The notes: generated by a model from the sequence alone, not told the origin. Shown: positions 37,997 through 47,597, counted from the stretch's first letter. The stretch: DNA of 57,294 bases from a virus (IMGVR_UViG_3300025875_000027:1-57294), one strand, 5' to 3'. Translations and numbers: made by a program.

Positions 37997-38494
37997 TCAG
38001 AGACCGGCGAACGGGTCGTCCGGGTCGCCGTCGGGGTCGGCGGCCGGCGCGGGCGTCGGCGCGGTGGCGACGACCTCACCCGTGTTGGTGGCGACCAGCT
38101 GCTCCGGCGACTGCACCGCGGGGTCGGTGACCGCGCCAGCGTCCTCGTGCGGCGGGGCGCCGTCCGCGGGCTCCCCGTCACCCTGGTGCGGGCCGGCTGC
38201 CAGCGCCTCCTCCTGCGCCTTCAGGAACTCGACGACGTTGAACCCCTCCGGGAGGTCGGGGTGCAGCTGGGTGGTGCCCAGCAGGCGCTCCTGGTACGCC
38301 TCCAGCCGCTCCAGCTCGCCGAAGCGGAGACGGATGGCCTCCTGCTCCTCGCGCGTGGCGGTGAGCTTCTCGTAGGCGCGGACGGCCTCGTTCTGGGCCT
38401 TCTCCAGCGGGGTCACCGTGACGCGCGTCTTGCGCTCGGTGGCGGCGCCGGTCTCGGCGGGGGCGGACTTGGTGTTGGGGACTCCACGGGGCAT
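37997..38494 (-). CDS. hypothetical protein
   Basis: GAGAGG SD; coiled coil and acidic tail. Confidence 0.75.
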   Translation of the reverse strand: MPRGVPNTKSAPAETGAATERKTRVTVTPLEKAQNEAVRAYEKLTATREEQEAIRLRFGELERLEAYQERLLGTTQLHPDLPEGFNVVEFLKAQEEALAAGPHQGDGEPADGAPPHEDAGAVTDPAVQSPEQLVATNTGEVVATAPTPAPAADPDGDPDDPFAGL

Positions 38495-38546
38495 GGCGGT
38501 ACCTCTCTCTGTGCGATGTGGGACGTACGGGAATCAGGGGTGGTAC

Positions 38547-38586
38547 TGACGGGGGCCGGGCCTGGTCGGCAGCCGGCCCCCGTCAG
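38547..38586 (-). terminator. hairpin
   Basis: CTGACGGGGGCCGG...CCGGCCCCCGTCAG. Confidence 0.6.
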
Positions 38587-38588
38587 GC

Positions 38589-39374
38589 TCAGAACGGGGG
38601 CTCGTCCGAGCTGCTCGCCGGGATGGCGAACGGGTCGTCCGTGACCGGCGCAGCCGCGGCGAGTGCCGGGGCAGCAGTGGGCTGTGCCGGGGCCGCAGCG
38701 GCGGGCTGGGCGGGCTGCTGGGCAGCTGCCGGGGTGGCCCAGGGGTCGCCGCCGACCGCGGGGGCCGGGGTGCTCGCCCAGGGGTCGCTGGCTGCGGCCT
38801 GGGGGGCGGGCTGGACCGGCTGCGCAGCGGGAGCCGCGGGCTGGCTCGCCGCCGACTCGAACGGGTCCGCCTCGCCCTTCGGGGCCGGCAGCACGCCGGG
38901 GCGCACCTTGGCCTCGAAGATCTTCGGCGCGTTCATCATCGGGTCGTTGCTGGTCTTCTGGCCGTTGGCCGCCCAGCGGACGGCGAGCAGGTCACCGGGA
39001 CGGATGCGGCGGTCGGCCTCGCCCGTGGTCTCGGCGAGCTCCTTCTGGGCATTGCGCAGCGCGGTGAGCAGGCCGCCGGGCACCTTCGACCAGAGCGACT
39101 TGTCGACGCCCTTCTCCTTGACGGCGATGACCATGGACATCATCGGCTTGCCGGTGTCCTCGTAGGCCATGAGCGCCTTCGTCTTCGGGTCGCGGCGCTG
39201 CACCATCTGGGCGTAGCCGTCGACCTCCAGCTGCACCCACTGGCCCATGGAGTGACCGGGCTCGCCGGTGATCTCGGAGACGCGGCTGGGGTCGAAGCTG
39301 ACCGCCGGCCGCTTGTCGAAGCTGGCGAGCGGGTCGTAGTTCGGGTCGTTCAGGGGGTTCGGGCTCTGCGTCAT
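38589..39374 (-). CDS. putative single-stranded DNA-binding protein
   Basis: Beta-rich core, P/A/Q linker with DPW repeats, C-terminal DEPPF. Confidence 0.65.
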   Translation of the reverse strand: MTQSPNPLNDPNYDPLASFDKRPAVSFDPSRVSEITGEPGHSMGQWVQLEVDGYAQMVQRRDPKTKALMAYEDTGKPMMSMVIAVKEKGVDKSLWSKVPGGLLTALRNAQKELAETTGEADRRIRPGDLLAVRWAANGQKTSNDPMMNAPKIFEAKVRPGVLPAPKGEADPFESAASQPAAPAAQPVQPAPQAAASDPWASTPAPAVGGDPWATPAAAQQPAQPAAAAPAQPTAAPALAAAAPVTDDPFAIPASSSDEPPF

Positions 39375-39425
39375 GTGACTGTCCTGACTCTCGTGGCTTC
39401 CGTTGGCGTCCGTGTTGCGGTTCTG

Positions 39426-39454
39426 ACCTTAGCGGTCTTCTAGCGGGTATGCAA
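39426..39454 (-). promoter_or_regulatory. promoter TTGCAT-N17-TAAGGT
   Basis: CCGC before the -10; three TAGCGG half-sites nearby. Confidence 0.6.
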
Positions 39455-39719
39455 CCCCCACTCTAGCGGCGAACTCCGACAGCGTGCGCCGGAGGTCGTC
39501 GCGCATCGCCTTCTTCAGGGCCTGGATGTCCATCAGGTAGGCGACGTGCTTGATCTCTCCGACCAGGGCGACGCCTGCCGCGCGGTCGGGGATGACCTCG
39601 TCGTAACGCAGGTCGGGGTGCTCCATGAGCGACCAGCCCCCGAACTGCACGAGGGGGAAGCCGCGGCGGCTCGCGGCGGCCCGCGGCGGGGTGATGGGCT
39701 CGAACGGCAGGCCGCTCAT
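39429..39719 (-). CDS. hypothetical protein
   Basis: ATGA coupling. Confidence 0.6.
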   Translation of the reverse strand: MSGLPFEPITPPRAAASRRGFPLVQFGGWSLMEHPDLRYDEVIPDRAAGVALVGEIKHVAYLMDIQALKKAMRDDLRRTLSEFAARVGVAYPLEDR

Positions 39720-39916
39720 CCCCAACCGTCCAGGTAGTCGGCCTCGTCGGGGCCGTCGATGGAGAGCGGATCCTGAGCGCGGGCTGCCTGGTCACGCTTC
39801 TGGGAATCCGGACCGAACGGCTGGGCGCCCTCCACCTTGTGCCCGCAGTAGGGGCAGCGCCCCCGTGCATCGGTCAGCCCGTGGATGCCGTAGATGGCAT
39901 CGGGACAGCTCGTCAT
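39716..39916 (-). CDS. small Cys/His protein
   Basis: C..H..CPYC; ATGA coupling. Confidence 0.6.
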   Translation of the reverse strand: MTSCPDAIYGIHGLTDARGRCPYCGHKVEGAQPFGPDSQKRDQAARAQDPLSIDGPDEADYLDGWG

Positions 39917-41007
39917 GCTCCAGCCGCCACGAGGCCGCGCCCGAACTCGGTGAGCTCGTCGGTCCAGTCGCTCATCCAGCGGTTGTAGATCGCACCGAGC
40001 GCGCCGGGGCGAGTGACGTCGGGGCCGAGCGCGATCATCTCCCGCCGAGCCCGAGCCCTGGCCAGCTCGCGCGGGTCGAGGGTGGAGACGACGCCCAGGC
40101 TCTGCTCCTTCTGCATCTGCCGAATGTAGGCCGCCACCTTCGCCAGCCGCCACCCCTCGTTCAGGTCGACCAGCAGCAGCTTCACCCGCTTGCTCGGGTC
40201 GGGGTGGTTGGCCAGCTCGGGCGGGATGCGGACCACCAGGCCGACGTCGGTGCGCATCGGCCGGCCGAAGTGCTCCTCGAAGGTCTGGCGGGTGTCGGTG
40301 GCCGCGTCGTACAGCTCGCCACGGCAGTAGACCGCCAGCTGGACGACGTGCTCGACGATGTGCGGCTGCCCGGTCTTCCAGTCGCCGATGACGAGGTTGT
40401 CGGGCTGCCCCTCGCTGCCGTCCCCGTTGATCAGCGGGATGTCCAGGGCGCCGTCGAAGGTGCCCGCGGCGAGCACCTCGTCGTTGGCGATGAAGAGCTC
40501 CGAGCCGACGATCTCGATCCCCCGCATGGCGGCGTGGAACCCCTCGACCGACTTGCGCAGCTCGACGTCCTCCTCGGCGATGATGCCCTGGCTGCCGGGG
40601 CGCACCAGCGAGTGGACAGCAGTGCCCCAGTTCGCCTTCTCGTGCCCGCCGGCCGCCTCGATGGCCTGGTCGACGTAGCTGTCCAGGTTCTGGCCAGCCT
40701 CGCGGTACAGCACGTCCTTCTCGGTACCCGGTGCCTGCTCGTAGCTCTCGGCCGCTGCCATCCGGGCGAGGTCGGGACGGATGCCGGCGCCGCGGATGAT
40801 CAGCCGCTTCTGCCAGCGGTTCAGGCCCCACTCGTTGCCGCCGGAGATGTAGTCCGACAGTGAGCTTGCGCGGGTGTACTCGACCCGCGTGCTCAGGCCG
40901 CGCGGGATCAGCTTCGGGCGGCCCTGCCGACCACGGCGCAGACCCTCCTCGGGGTGCGGCGCCGCGGCCAGCGGATCGTAGTCGGGGACTGTGGGGGCGG
41001 TGCTCAT
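39913..41007 (-). CDS. PD-(D/E)XK (RecB/Cas4-like) exonuclease
   Basis: YTRAS, WGTAVH, AGTFD, IGDWKTG, QLAVY. Confidence 0.85.
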   Translation of the reverse strand: MSTAPTVPDYDPLAAAPHPEEGLRRGRQGRPKLIPRGLSTRVEYTRASSLSDYISGGNEWGLNRWQKRLIIRGAGIRPDLARMAAAESYEQAPGTEKDVLYREAGQNLDSYVDQAIEAAGGHEKANWGTAVHSLVRPGSQGIIAEEDVELRKSVEGFHAAMRGIEIVGSELFIANDEVLAAGTFDGALDIPLINGDGSEGQPDNLVIGDWKTGQPHIVEHVVQLAVYCRGELYDAATDTRQTFEEHFGRPMRTDVGLVVRIPPELANHPDPSKRVKLLLVDLNEGWRLAKVAAYIRQMQKEQSLGVVSTLDPRELARARARREMIALGPDVTRPGALGAIYNRWMSDWTDELTEFGRGLVAAGA

Positions 41008-41234
41008 AGCTGGTACTCGATGGGGAGATAGCCGACCGCGTTGCAAACGCCGCTCAGGCGTCCACGTTCGTACCAGGGGTCGGCTGTGGGCCAGAGGATC
41101 AGCAGGGCGCTCTCTAGGCCGGCGAGCTCGGTGTAGCCCTCGCCCGACTCGGCGACCGTCCTGCTGATGGCCACCCTGAATCGCCAGCGGAACTCGCCCG
41201 CGGCATCGCGGTAGACCTCGATGCGCTTGTTCAT
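41004..41234 (-). CDS. DUF1508/YegP-like protein
   Basis: IEVYRDAAGEFRWR..VAESGEGY. Confidence 0.7.
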   Translation of the reverse strand: MNKRIEVYRDAAGEFRWRFRVAISRTVAESGEGYTELAGLESALLILWPTADPWYERGRLSGVCNAVGYLPIEYQL

Positions 41235-41539
41235 CAGACCTCCTCGAAGCGGACGTCGAACCAGCGCTTGCGGCTGGCCGACTCGACCTCGCGCAGCGTG
41301 CGGTTACGGATGCGGGACAGGTAGTGCTCGGGGGTGGCCTTCAGGTCGAAGACCGAGCACAGCAGTACGACCAGTCGCTCGATGTCCCGCGAAACCGTTT
41401 CGCGAGCAACGACCTCGCCCTTTTCGCTCTGAAGCTGCCAGGTCCACAACGTCTCGCCGTTGATGAAAGCTGTGTGCAGAACCAGCGTGTTGGCCTCGAC
41501 GACCTGGAGCTTTTCCTTCGCCGCGGCGGGCGCGCTCAC
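41234..41539 (-). CDS. hypothetical protein (weakly DUF1508-like)
   Basis: WTWQLQSEKGEVVA. Confidence 0.6.
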   Translation of the reverse strand: MSAPAAAKEKLQVVEANTLVLHTAFINGETLWTWQLQSEKGEVVARETVSRDIERLVVLLCSVFDLKATPEHYLSRIRNRTLREVESASRKRWFDVRFEEV

Positions 41540-41802
41540 GGCGCCCGCCGGACAGGGACCTGGCGCTCGCCGACGATGACGTAGTCGATGCGAACGGGCA
41601 CCGCGTCGTCCTGCAGCGCCATGTAGCTGTCCGGCTTCGAGAAGACGATCTGGAGCGCGCTGGCCTCGCCGTTGACGACGTCGACCACCGTGCCCTGCTC
41701 GTTCATCCGCTCCCCCCCGAGCTGGAACTTCATCACCTCGGGGTACTCGACCCGCTCGCCGGCCTTCAGCAGCGCGGGCTTCTCGGTCTGGCCATCAGCC
41801 AC
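41536..41802 (-). CDS. hypothetical protein
   Basis: Coupled ORF; codon bias. Confidence 0.6.
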   Translation of the reverse strand: MADGQTEKPALLKAGERVEYPEVMKFQLGGERMNEQGTVVDVVNGEASALQIVFSKPDSYMALQDDAVPVRIDYVIVGERQVPVRRAP

Positions 41803-43021
41803 GGTGGGTCACCTGTCCGTCCTCGATGACGAAGCCCATCTGCTTCGACTCGTCCACGACCTCCAGCCACACCTGGAAGTCCTTGTCCTCGGCCATCTGA
41901 GAGATCAGCGCGAGGTTGGAAGAGTCTAGCAATGACGCGTCCGCGATGCGGATGACGCGCAACCGGGGGTTCATGGCCATGGCCATGGCGACCGACGTGC
42001 GCAACCGCTCGGCGGCCGACGCCTGGCTGAACGGCTGCCCGTTGAGCAGCACGCCGTCGTCGTCGACCCCGAGGCCACCGATCGGCAGGTCGGCGCTGGC
42101 CAGCAGCTCCTGGCGCCGCGCGTCCGCCTCCTCGATCATCTCTGTCGCCTTGCGGGCCGCGGCCTCGGACGCCTTCGCCTCCTCCGCGACCTCCTCGCGG
42201 CGCAGGCGCCGCTCGACTGCCTCGTTGATGGTCTGGGCGTTACCGAGCTGCAGCTGCAGCTCCTCGACCCGCGGGGGCAGGTTCTTCTTCGCCAGCTCTC
42301 GACCGCGGGCGACCATCCCCTCGCGCGTCTGCTCCAGGCTGGCCAGGCGCTCGCGCAGGCTGACCATCTCGGCATCGACCGAGGCGACCTGCGTGCGCAG
42401 CCGGAGGAACTCGTCGAGCTCCCGGCTGGCAGTGGACAGCTCGACGGCCACCGCGCTGATGTCGACCTTCTCGGCGGTGGACAGCTCGGGTGCAGGGCGG
42501 GGGAGCCCGTCGAGCTGCGCCTTCAGCCGCTTGGCGTCGCGGTTGTGCTGGGTGCGCGCGTCGTAGGCCGTCTGCCGCTTGCCCTGGATCTCGGCGTCGG
42601 CCGCGGTGAGGCCGGCGACCTCCAGCAGCATCCGCCGCTGCTCCTTGGCCTCGGCCTGGGCGAACGAGAGGGGGTCGAACGACAGCCGACCGATGAGGTC
42701 GTCGAGCACCTGGCGGGGCTTGGGCACCGCGGCGCCGCTGGCCAGCGTGACCTCCAGCTGGGACCGCTCGCCCCGCCAGCGACGGCGGACGACGAAGTCA
42801 CCCAGGTCGACCTCGACGACCGCTTCGTCGGCGCCCTCGTGGATCGGCTTCTCCAGCTTGAAGGCCCGCTCCCCGAGCAGTGCCGCGGAGATGGCGTCGA
42901 GGACCGACGTCTTCCCCTCGCCGTTGCGGCCGGAGATGGTGACGACGTTGCCCGTGGGCTCGATCTCGACGGCGACGAGCCGCTTGAAGCTCTCGGCGGT
43001 GAGCCTGACGATCTTGGTCAT
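41795..43021 (-). CDS. SMC/RecF-like ABC ATPase
   Basis: GRNGEGKTSVLDAI, coiled coil, QASAAE, DASLLD. Confidence 0.85.
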   Translation of the reverse strand: MTKIVRLTAESFKRLVAVEIEPTGNVVTISGRNGEGKTSVLDAISAALLGERAFKLEKPIHEGADEAVVEVDLGDFVVRRRWRGERSQLEVTLASGAAVPKPRQVLDDLIGRLSFDPLSFAQAEAKEQRRMLLEVAGLTAADAEIQGKRQTAYDARTQHNRDAKRLKAQLDGLPRPAPELSTAEKVDISAVAVELSTASRELDEFLRLRTQVASVDAEMVSLRERLASLEQTREGMVARGRELAKKNLPPRVEELQLQLGNAQTINEAVERRLRREEVAEEAKASEAAARKATEMIEEADARRQELLASADLPIGGLGVDDDGVLLNGQPFSQASAAERLRTSVAMAMAMNPRLRVIRIADASLLDSSNLALISQMAEDKDFQVWLEVVDESKQMGFVIEDGQVTHRG

Positions 43022-43173
43022 CAGACCCCCACCTTCACCGCGACGACGACCGAGCCGATGATGGCCAGCCACATGCCGCAGTAGCTGGCGCGCTTGCTGA
43101 ACGCGCTGCCCGACTTCAGGTTGAGGAAGAGCAGGAACCCTGCGAGCAGCAGGAGGTAGACGGCGAGCAGCAT
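43021..43173 (-). CDS. small membrane protein
   Basis: Two hydrophobic helices; TGATG coupling. Confidence 0.6.
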   Translation of the reverse strand: MLLAVYLLLLAGFLLFLNLKSGSAFSKRASYCGMWLAIIGSVVVAVKVGV

Positions 43174-43793
43174 CAGCCGATCACCGGACGCAGGTCGTCC
43201 AGGCCCATCTCCTGGGCCTCGCGGGAGAGCTCGTCGGCGGCGAAGCGGGCGTTGACCGCGGCCTCCCCGCGCTTCGTGCCGAGCCGGAAGCGCAGCTCGC
43301 GCTCCTCGCGCTGGGCGCACAGGGCGTGGAACTGGTCGACGTTGTCCCGCATCCCGGCCTCGACCTGGGCGAGCGCCGTGCTGAAGGTGATCTTCGCCTT
43401 CGGGTCGGCCGCCAGGGTGTCGGCGACCACCTTGCGGGCCTGCCCCTCGACGCGGGAGACGATGGCCGCCCGCGTCTCGGGGCGCACCGGCCGCGTGCCG
43501 AAGTAGATCTCGGCGAGCGGGCCGGCGGTGTCGTAGAAGTCGGCGCGGGCCTGCTGGTTGCGCAGGTAGTTCCGCTGCTCGCGCTTCTGCTGGCGGGCCC
43601 GGTCGCGCTGCCGCTGACGCCGGACGCTGCGGGCGTAGCCGGTCGGGAAGGTGGCGGCGCGGTGGCCGCGGTTCTTCGCCTGCAGCGCGGCGTCGCGGGG
43701 CGACAGGTCGCCGATGGCCTCGGCCGCCGACGACTTCTTCAGGCCGAGGGCCTCGCTGACCGACTGGGCGAACTTGATCGGGTTCATGTCCAT
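43173..43793 (-). CDS. hypothetical protein
   Basis: Strong SD; Arg/Gln-rich helix. Confidence 0.75.
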   Translation of the reverse strand: MDMNPIKFAQSVSEALGLKKSSAAEAIGDLSPRDAALQAKNRGHRAATFPTGYARSVRRQRQRDRARQQKREQRNYLRNQQARADFYDTAGPLAEIYFGTRPVRPETRAAIVSRVEGQARKVVADTLAADPKAKITFSTALAQVEAGMRDNVDQFHALCAQREERELRFRLGTKRGEAAVNARFAADELSREAQEMGLDDLRPVIG

Positions 43794-43829
43794 GGGTGAC
43801 CTCCTGGTCGATGCGGTGCGGTGGATGGA

Positions 43830-43858
43830 ACGGTAGCGGAAGACCGCTAAGACTGCAA
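43830..43858 (-). promoter_or_regulatory. promoter TTGCAG-N17-TACCGT with TAGCGG-N4-CCGCTA palindrome (43834-43849)
   Basis: Read directly. Confidence 0.65.
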
Positions 43859-44158
43859 GTGCTCTGCGACGGTCTCGAAGAGCTTGACGTCCTCGATAAG
43901 GTCGTCGTCCTCGACCTCGGGCTTGTTGCCGTTGTAGCTCTGGTGCCAGACGATGGCCGCCTTGACGACGGCCTCCTCCTCGGACGTCTTCAGGCGGCCG
44001 GCGCGGTCGAGCTCCCAGATGGTCTGCTCGGCGATCCGGCGGTGCATGCTCGACAGGCGCTTCTTGCCGGCGCGCTCGATCTGCTCGGCGATGGCGTCCT
44101 TGACCTGCGGCCAGACCGCCTGGAGGGCGTCTCTGACCTTGTCGACCTGTGCGGTCAT
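43847..44158 (-). CDS. hypothetical protein
   Basis: TGATG coupling. Confidence 0.65.
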   Translation of the reverse strand: MTAQVDKVRDALQAVWPQVKDAIAEQIERAGKKRLSSMHRRIAEQTIWELDRAGRLKTSEEEAVVKAAIVWHQSYNGNKPEVEDDDLIEDVKLFETVAEHLQS

Positions 44159-44436
44159 CAGCCCGACACCTTGTCGAGCCGCTTCGGCGGGCGGGCCATC
44201 TTGCGGACGGTCTTCAGGTTGCGCAGCGTGGCCTCGATCGCGCTCTCCATGGTGTTGCTGTACTGGTCGAGCCAGCGGTGGGTGTCCACGACGATGACGC
44301 CGTCGCAGGTATAGCCGTAACCCAAGTGGACCGAGACGTTCCACTGCTCGCGCCCGGTCGGATCGAGTGACCCGTTGATGGTGAAGAAGCGGTTGACGCT
44401 CAGGTCGGCCTTGCAGAACTCGATCAACTCGTTCAT
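44158..44436 (-). CDS. hypothetical protein
   Basis: GGAGG SD; coupling. Confidence 0.65.
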   Translation of the reverse strand: MNELIEFCKADLSVNRFFTINGSLDPTGREQWNVSVHLGYGYTCDGVIVVDTHRWLDQYSNTMESAIEATLRNLKTVRKMARPPKRLDKVSG

Positions 44437-44951
44437 CGTGTGCCTCCGTGGTGGTGCGGGGTGGACATCTCCATGTGCTCGGCGGCGTGCATCTCCTCGT
44501 GGGCCTCGGCCGCCTTCTTGGCCGTCATCGAGGGCTCCAGGTAGACACTGTGGTACTCGTCGACATGCCAGTGGATCCGCTCCTTGGCGCCCTTACCAGC
44601 AACATCGACAGGGTCCATGCGGAACCTCATCGCGCGCAGCGGCAAGGTCTTGTCGTTCTCCCGCCTGGTGACCGCGGCGGCCAGCCCGCCCTCCCGGGTG
44701 TTGAAGCCGGCGAGCATGACGGCTTCGGTCTCACTGGCCTCCATGATCGTGACCGGCTCGTCGTCGGGACGCCGCTCAATCGTGCGCTCCTCCTTCCACT
44801 GGCCGCGGATGCGCAGGAAGCGCTTCCCGTCCGGCCGCGCTGGCTGGCCAGCTCGCGGCGCCTCGTCGATCACCAGCCAGTGCTTCAGGCTGGGGTCGCG
44901 GAGGACGACGGACGGGCCAATCTCCTTCCAGGTGCCCTGACGTGCCTCCAT
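44433..44951 (-). CDS. hypothetical protein with His-rich C-terminus
   Basis: Coupled ORF. Confidence 0.65.
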   Translation of the reverse strand: MEARQGTWKEIGPSVVLRDPSLKHWLVIDEAPRAGQPARPDGKRFLRIRGQWKEERTIERRPDDEPVTIMEASETEAVMLAGFNTREGGLAAAVTRRENDKTLPLRAMRFRMDPVDVAGKGAKERIHWHVDEYHSVYLEPSMTAKKAAEAHEEMHAAEHMEMSTPHHHGGTR

Positions 44952-45229
44952 CAGGGCAGGGTGGGAGCGACGCGGACTTCGACGATCCGGCGCATCGGGA
45001 TGTTGATCTGCTCCTGATCGTGGAGCACGGTGTCGATGTCCAGGATGCCGATCATCATGTCGGTGCCGGCGCTCCCGCCGAAGGCGTTCGGGCTGCCCGT
45101 GTTGCTGTAGCCGAACCAGCCCTTCCAGCTCTTGATCTCCAGTCCGGCCTCGTAGAAGACCTCGCCGAACTTGAAGCCCTGCTTCTGCATGGCGAGGATC
45201 TGCTGCTTCTGCTCATCGCTGTGGCTCAT
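44951..45229 (-). CDS. hypothetical protein
   Basis: Strong SD. Confidence 0.7.
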   Translation of the reverse strand: MSHSDEQKQQILAMQKQGFKFGEVFYEAGLEIKSWKGWFGYSNTGSPNAFGGSAGTDMMIGILDIDTVLHDQEQINIPMRRIVEVRVAPTLP

Positions 45230-45272
45230 GGGTGACCTCCTGGTCGTCTCGAACGTCGCTACGTTCCTGCTA

Positions 45273-45302
45273 AGGTTATGCCCAACGACCGATAGGAGTC
45301 AA
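45273..45302 (-). promoter_or_regulatory. promoter TTGACT-N18-TAACCT in a divergent intergenic region
   Basis: Read directly. Confidence 0.55.
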
Positions 45303-45303
45303 C

Positions 45304-45480
45304 ATGGCACGGCAGAGGCAGTACGCAGACCCCATCAGCATCCCGTTCACCTTCCCGAAGAAGGACGAGATCCTCGCGCTGGCCGACGAGAACGACCTGG
45401 CCCAGGCGGACGTCGTGCGCATGGCGGTGGACGTCGGCCTGCCCGAGGTGAGGAAGCGCCTCGAACAGGCCAAGAAGTAA
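45304..45480 (+). CDS. ribbon-helix-helix-like DNA-binding protein (58 aa)
   Basis: MARQRQYADPISIPFTFPKKDEILALADENDLAQADVVRMAVDVGL; TAGGAG SD; not in the ORF track. Confidence 0.7.
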   Translation: MARQRQYADPISIPFTFPKKDEILALADENDLAQADVVRMAVDVGLPEVRKRLEQAKK

Positions 45481-45483
45481 CGA

Positions 45484-45521
45484 CGAAGGCCCCTTCTGCA
45501 GCTTGTAGAAGGGGCCTCGTC
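45484..45521. terminator. hairpin between convergent genes
   Basis: AGGCCCCTTCTGCA..TGTAGAAGGGGCCT. Confidence 0.7.
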
Positions 45522-45530
45522 ATGTCGGGG

Positions 45531-46004
45531 TCAGTCCCACCATGTGACCCAGTCGACGACCTCGCTGGCCAGCGCGAGCCCGCCCAGCGCGAAGAGCACG
45601 ACGAGCAGCGTGATGAAGACGACGGGCACCGACTCGCGCCACCAGCCCTCGCGGCGCAGCGGGTTCTTCAGGGCGCCCCAGCGCACCCCGGCCCACATCA
45701 CCCAGCGCAGGATGAACTGGACCTCGGCCTCCCGCATGGTGCGCCGGAAGAGCCCGTCGGCGTCGTTCGAGCTGATCTGCCCGCGCCCGCCCGTGAGGTT
45801 CCAGTCGTGCAGCACCGCGGCATCCTCGTAGAGGCCCGTGGGCGGCACGATGGCCCAGAAGATCCGCGGCACCGAGGCCAGATCGGTCTCGAAGCCGTCG
45901 GGGATCTCGATGAGCTCCTCGTCGCCCTTGTAGATGCTGATGCCGTCGGTGCGGTACCGGCCTCGGCCGGCGTAGTCCAGCTTCGGCTTGACGACCCAGG
46001 CCAT
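45531..46004 (-). CDS. DUF1353-like protein with a C-terminal TM segment
   Basis: IPDGFETDLASVPR..AAVLHDW..ADGLF..AGVRWG. Confidence 0.8.
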   Translation of the reverse strand: MAWVVKPKLDYAGRGRYRTDGISIYKGDEELIEIPDGFETDLASVPRIFWAIVPPTGLYEDAAVLHDWNLTGGRGQISSNDADGLFRRTMREAEVQFILRWVMWAGVRWGALKNPLRREGWWRESVPVVFITLLVVLFALGGLALASEVVDWVTWWD

Positions 46005-46438
46005 CAGACGCCGTACCCGATGCGCTTCAGGTCGATGGCCGAGACCTCGACGATGTTCGGGCGGATCGGGTCGCCGACCTGGCCGCCGACGTCGACAGGC
46101 GCCAGCGAGCGGATGTAGGCCAGCGCCTTGTCGCGGGCGGCCTCCAGGCGCTCCTTCTGCCGCTCGAAGTCGGTCACCGCGTACTTCTTGCCGTACGGGT
46201 CGGGCGGCGAGGAGATGCTGAAGCGCGACAGCTCGGTGTCGGTCGCCTCCCCCGACAGGATGCGGCGGTGCAGCAGGTGCACGCGCTCGGCCGCCTCGGT
46301 GCGCCACAGCGCGTGCGCCTTGTCGTGGGACTCCTCCAGCTGCTCGAACAGCTTGTCGACGACCTTCTGGATCTGGGCGTTGTAGTTGGCCTCGACCTCT
46401 CGCGCGAGGTCGCCCTGGTTGAAGCGCGTTCCGGCCAT
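46004..46438 (-). CDS. hypothetical protein
   Basis: GAGGAGG SD; helical. Confidence 0.7.
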   Translation of the reverse strand: MAGTRFNQGDLAREVEANYNAQIQKVVDKLFEQLEESHDKAHALWRTEAAERVHLLHRRILSGEATDTELSRFSISSPPDPYGKKYAVTDFERQKERLEAARDKALAYIRSLAPVDVGGQVGDPIRPNIVEVSAIDLKRIGYGV

Positions 46439-46440
46439 GG

Positions 46441-46602
46441 TCAGACCTCCTCGATCTCGATGTCCGTGGTGGTGCCGGCGGCGATGAGCGCATCGACGAT
46501 TTCGTCGTGCGCCCGGCTGGTCAGCTCGCGCGTCGACAGGTCCACCATGGTCAGCGGCACCTTGACCTTGATCGTCAGCTCCAGCGTGTTGGCCATGTGC
46601 AT
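46441..46602 (-). CDS. hypothetical protein (about 53 aa)
   Basis: GAGGAG SD; fills the gap between ORFs. Confidence 0.55.
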   Translation of the reverse strand: MHMANTLELTIKVKVPLTMVDLSTRELTSRAHDEIVDALIAAGTTTDIEIEEV

Positions 46603-46934
46603 CAGCTCCTCTTGATCATCCCTGGGTGTTCTTCCTTCGGGCGGTAGCGTAGCGCAGCCTTAGCGGCTTTGCCCGCATTTCCCTCCTGACTGCTCTTCCT
46701 GCTGTGGTGCCGGTGGCAGCTGTCGCGCAGGGCGTCGATGTCGTGGTTGAGCCGACCCTTGTAGTGGTCGACCCCGCCGTCGGCGTCGTTCGGGCAGCGC
46801 CGGTAGTTCTTGTTCTTCGGGTCGATCTTCCATTCGCAGCGCCCGCCGGAGCGGGCGCGCACCGCGGCGACGCGCTGGTCCCAGTCGGGAGGCAGCGTGT
46901 CGCTACGGTTCGAGCCCCCCCAGCCGCCCGCCAC
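46602..46934 (-). CDS. HNH endonuclease (packaging-associated type)
   Basis: LPPDW..RSGGRCE..RC..VDH..H..LR..C..HH..KS..E..HPG. Confidence 0.8.
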   Translation of the reverse strand: MAGGWGGSNRSDTLPPDWDQRVAAVRARSGGRCEWKIDPKNKNYRRCPNDADGGVDHYKGRLNHDIDALRDSCHRHHSRKSSQEGNAGKAAKAALRYRPKEEHPGMIKRS

Positions 46935-46935
46935 G

Positions 46936-47340
46936 TCAGACCTCTGGCGAGATGACGGTGTAGCCCAGCTTCTCCAGCTCGATGATCAGGACGGCGCGCA
47001 GGGCCTGCTCACGCAGGCGGGCGCGGATGTGCGTCACCGCGGTCACGCGGTCCTCGATCATCTCCAGCAGGTCGCCGTTCTCGGCGTCGTACTGCAGCTT
47101 CTCGCGGACGGACGCGGCGAACGTGATCTTGTCGGGGTCGAGCCGCGTCGAGCTCTGGCCAGCCGGGCGCAGGTCGGGACCAGCGGTGGCTCGGGGCAGT
47201 ACGCCGCCTTCGAGGTACTGGATCTGCTCGCGCTGCTGGAACTGCCGCAGTCGCTCACGGTGGTCGGCCGCGGTCAGCTCGATCAGCCGTTGGTACTCGG
47301 CCGCCGCCTCGCTGGGCAGCTTCTGGTCGCCGCCAGGCAT
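46936..47340 (-). CDS. hypothetical protein
   Basis: Coupled ORF. Confidence 0.65.
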   Translation of the reverse strand: MPGGDQKLPSEAAAEYQRLIELTAADHRERLRQFQQREQIQYLEGGVLPRATAGPDLRPAGQSSTRLDPDKITFAASVREKLQYDAENGDLLEMIEDRVTAVTHIRARLREQALRAVLIIELEKLGYTVISPEV

Positions 47341-47597
47341 CAGCTCGCCTCGACCTTCTGCAGGGTGACCTGGCCGTCGACGACCTGGGTCGGCTCGAAG
47401 ACGAGGAAGTCGCCACGGTTGCTCACGCCGCGCACCTCGGCCGGCGCGTCGGGGCCGATGAAGTAGCTGGCCGAGCCGCGCGAGCTGGCGACGTAGGGGT
47501 GCGTGTCCAGGTAGCGCTGGCTCACGACGAGGGTGTCGTCGGCGCGCAGCACGCGGCCGGTCTCGTCGTCGAGCAGGAGCTTGCCGATCGTGTCCAT
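47340..47597 (-). CDS. hypothetical protein
   Basis: GAAGGAGG SD. Confidence 0.65.
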   Translation of the reverse strand: MDTIGKLLLDDETGRVLRADDTLVVSQRYLDTHPYVASSRGSASYFIGPDAPAEVRGVSNRGDFLVFEPTQVVDGQVTLQKVEAS

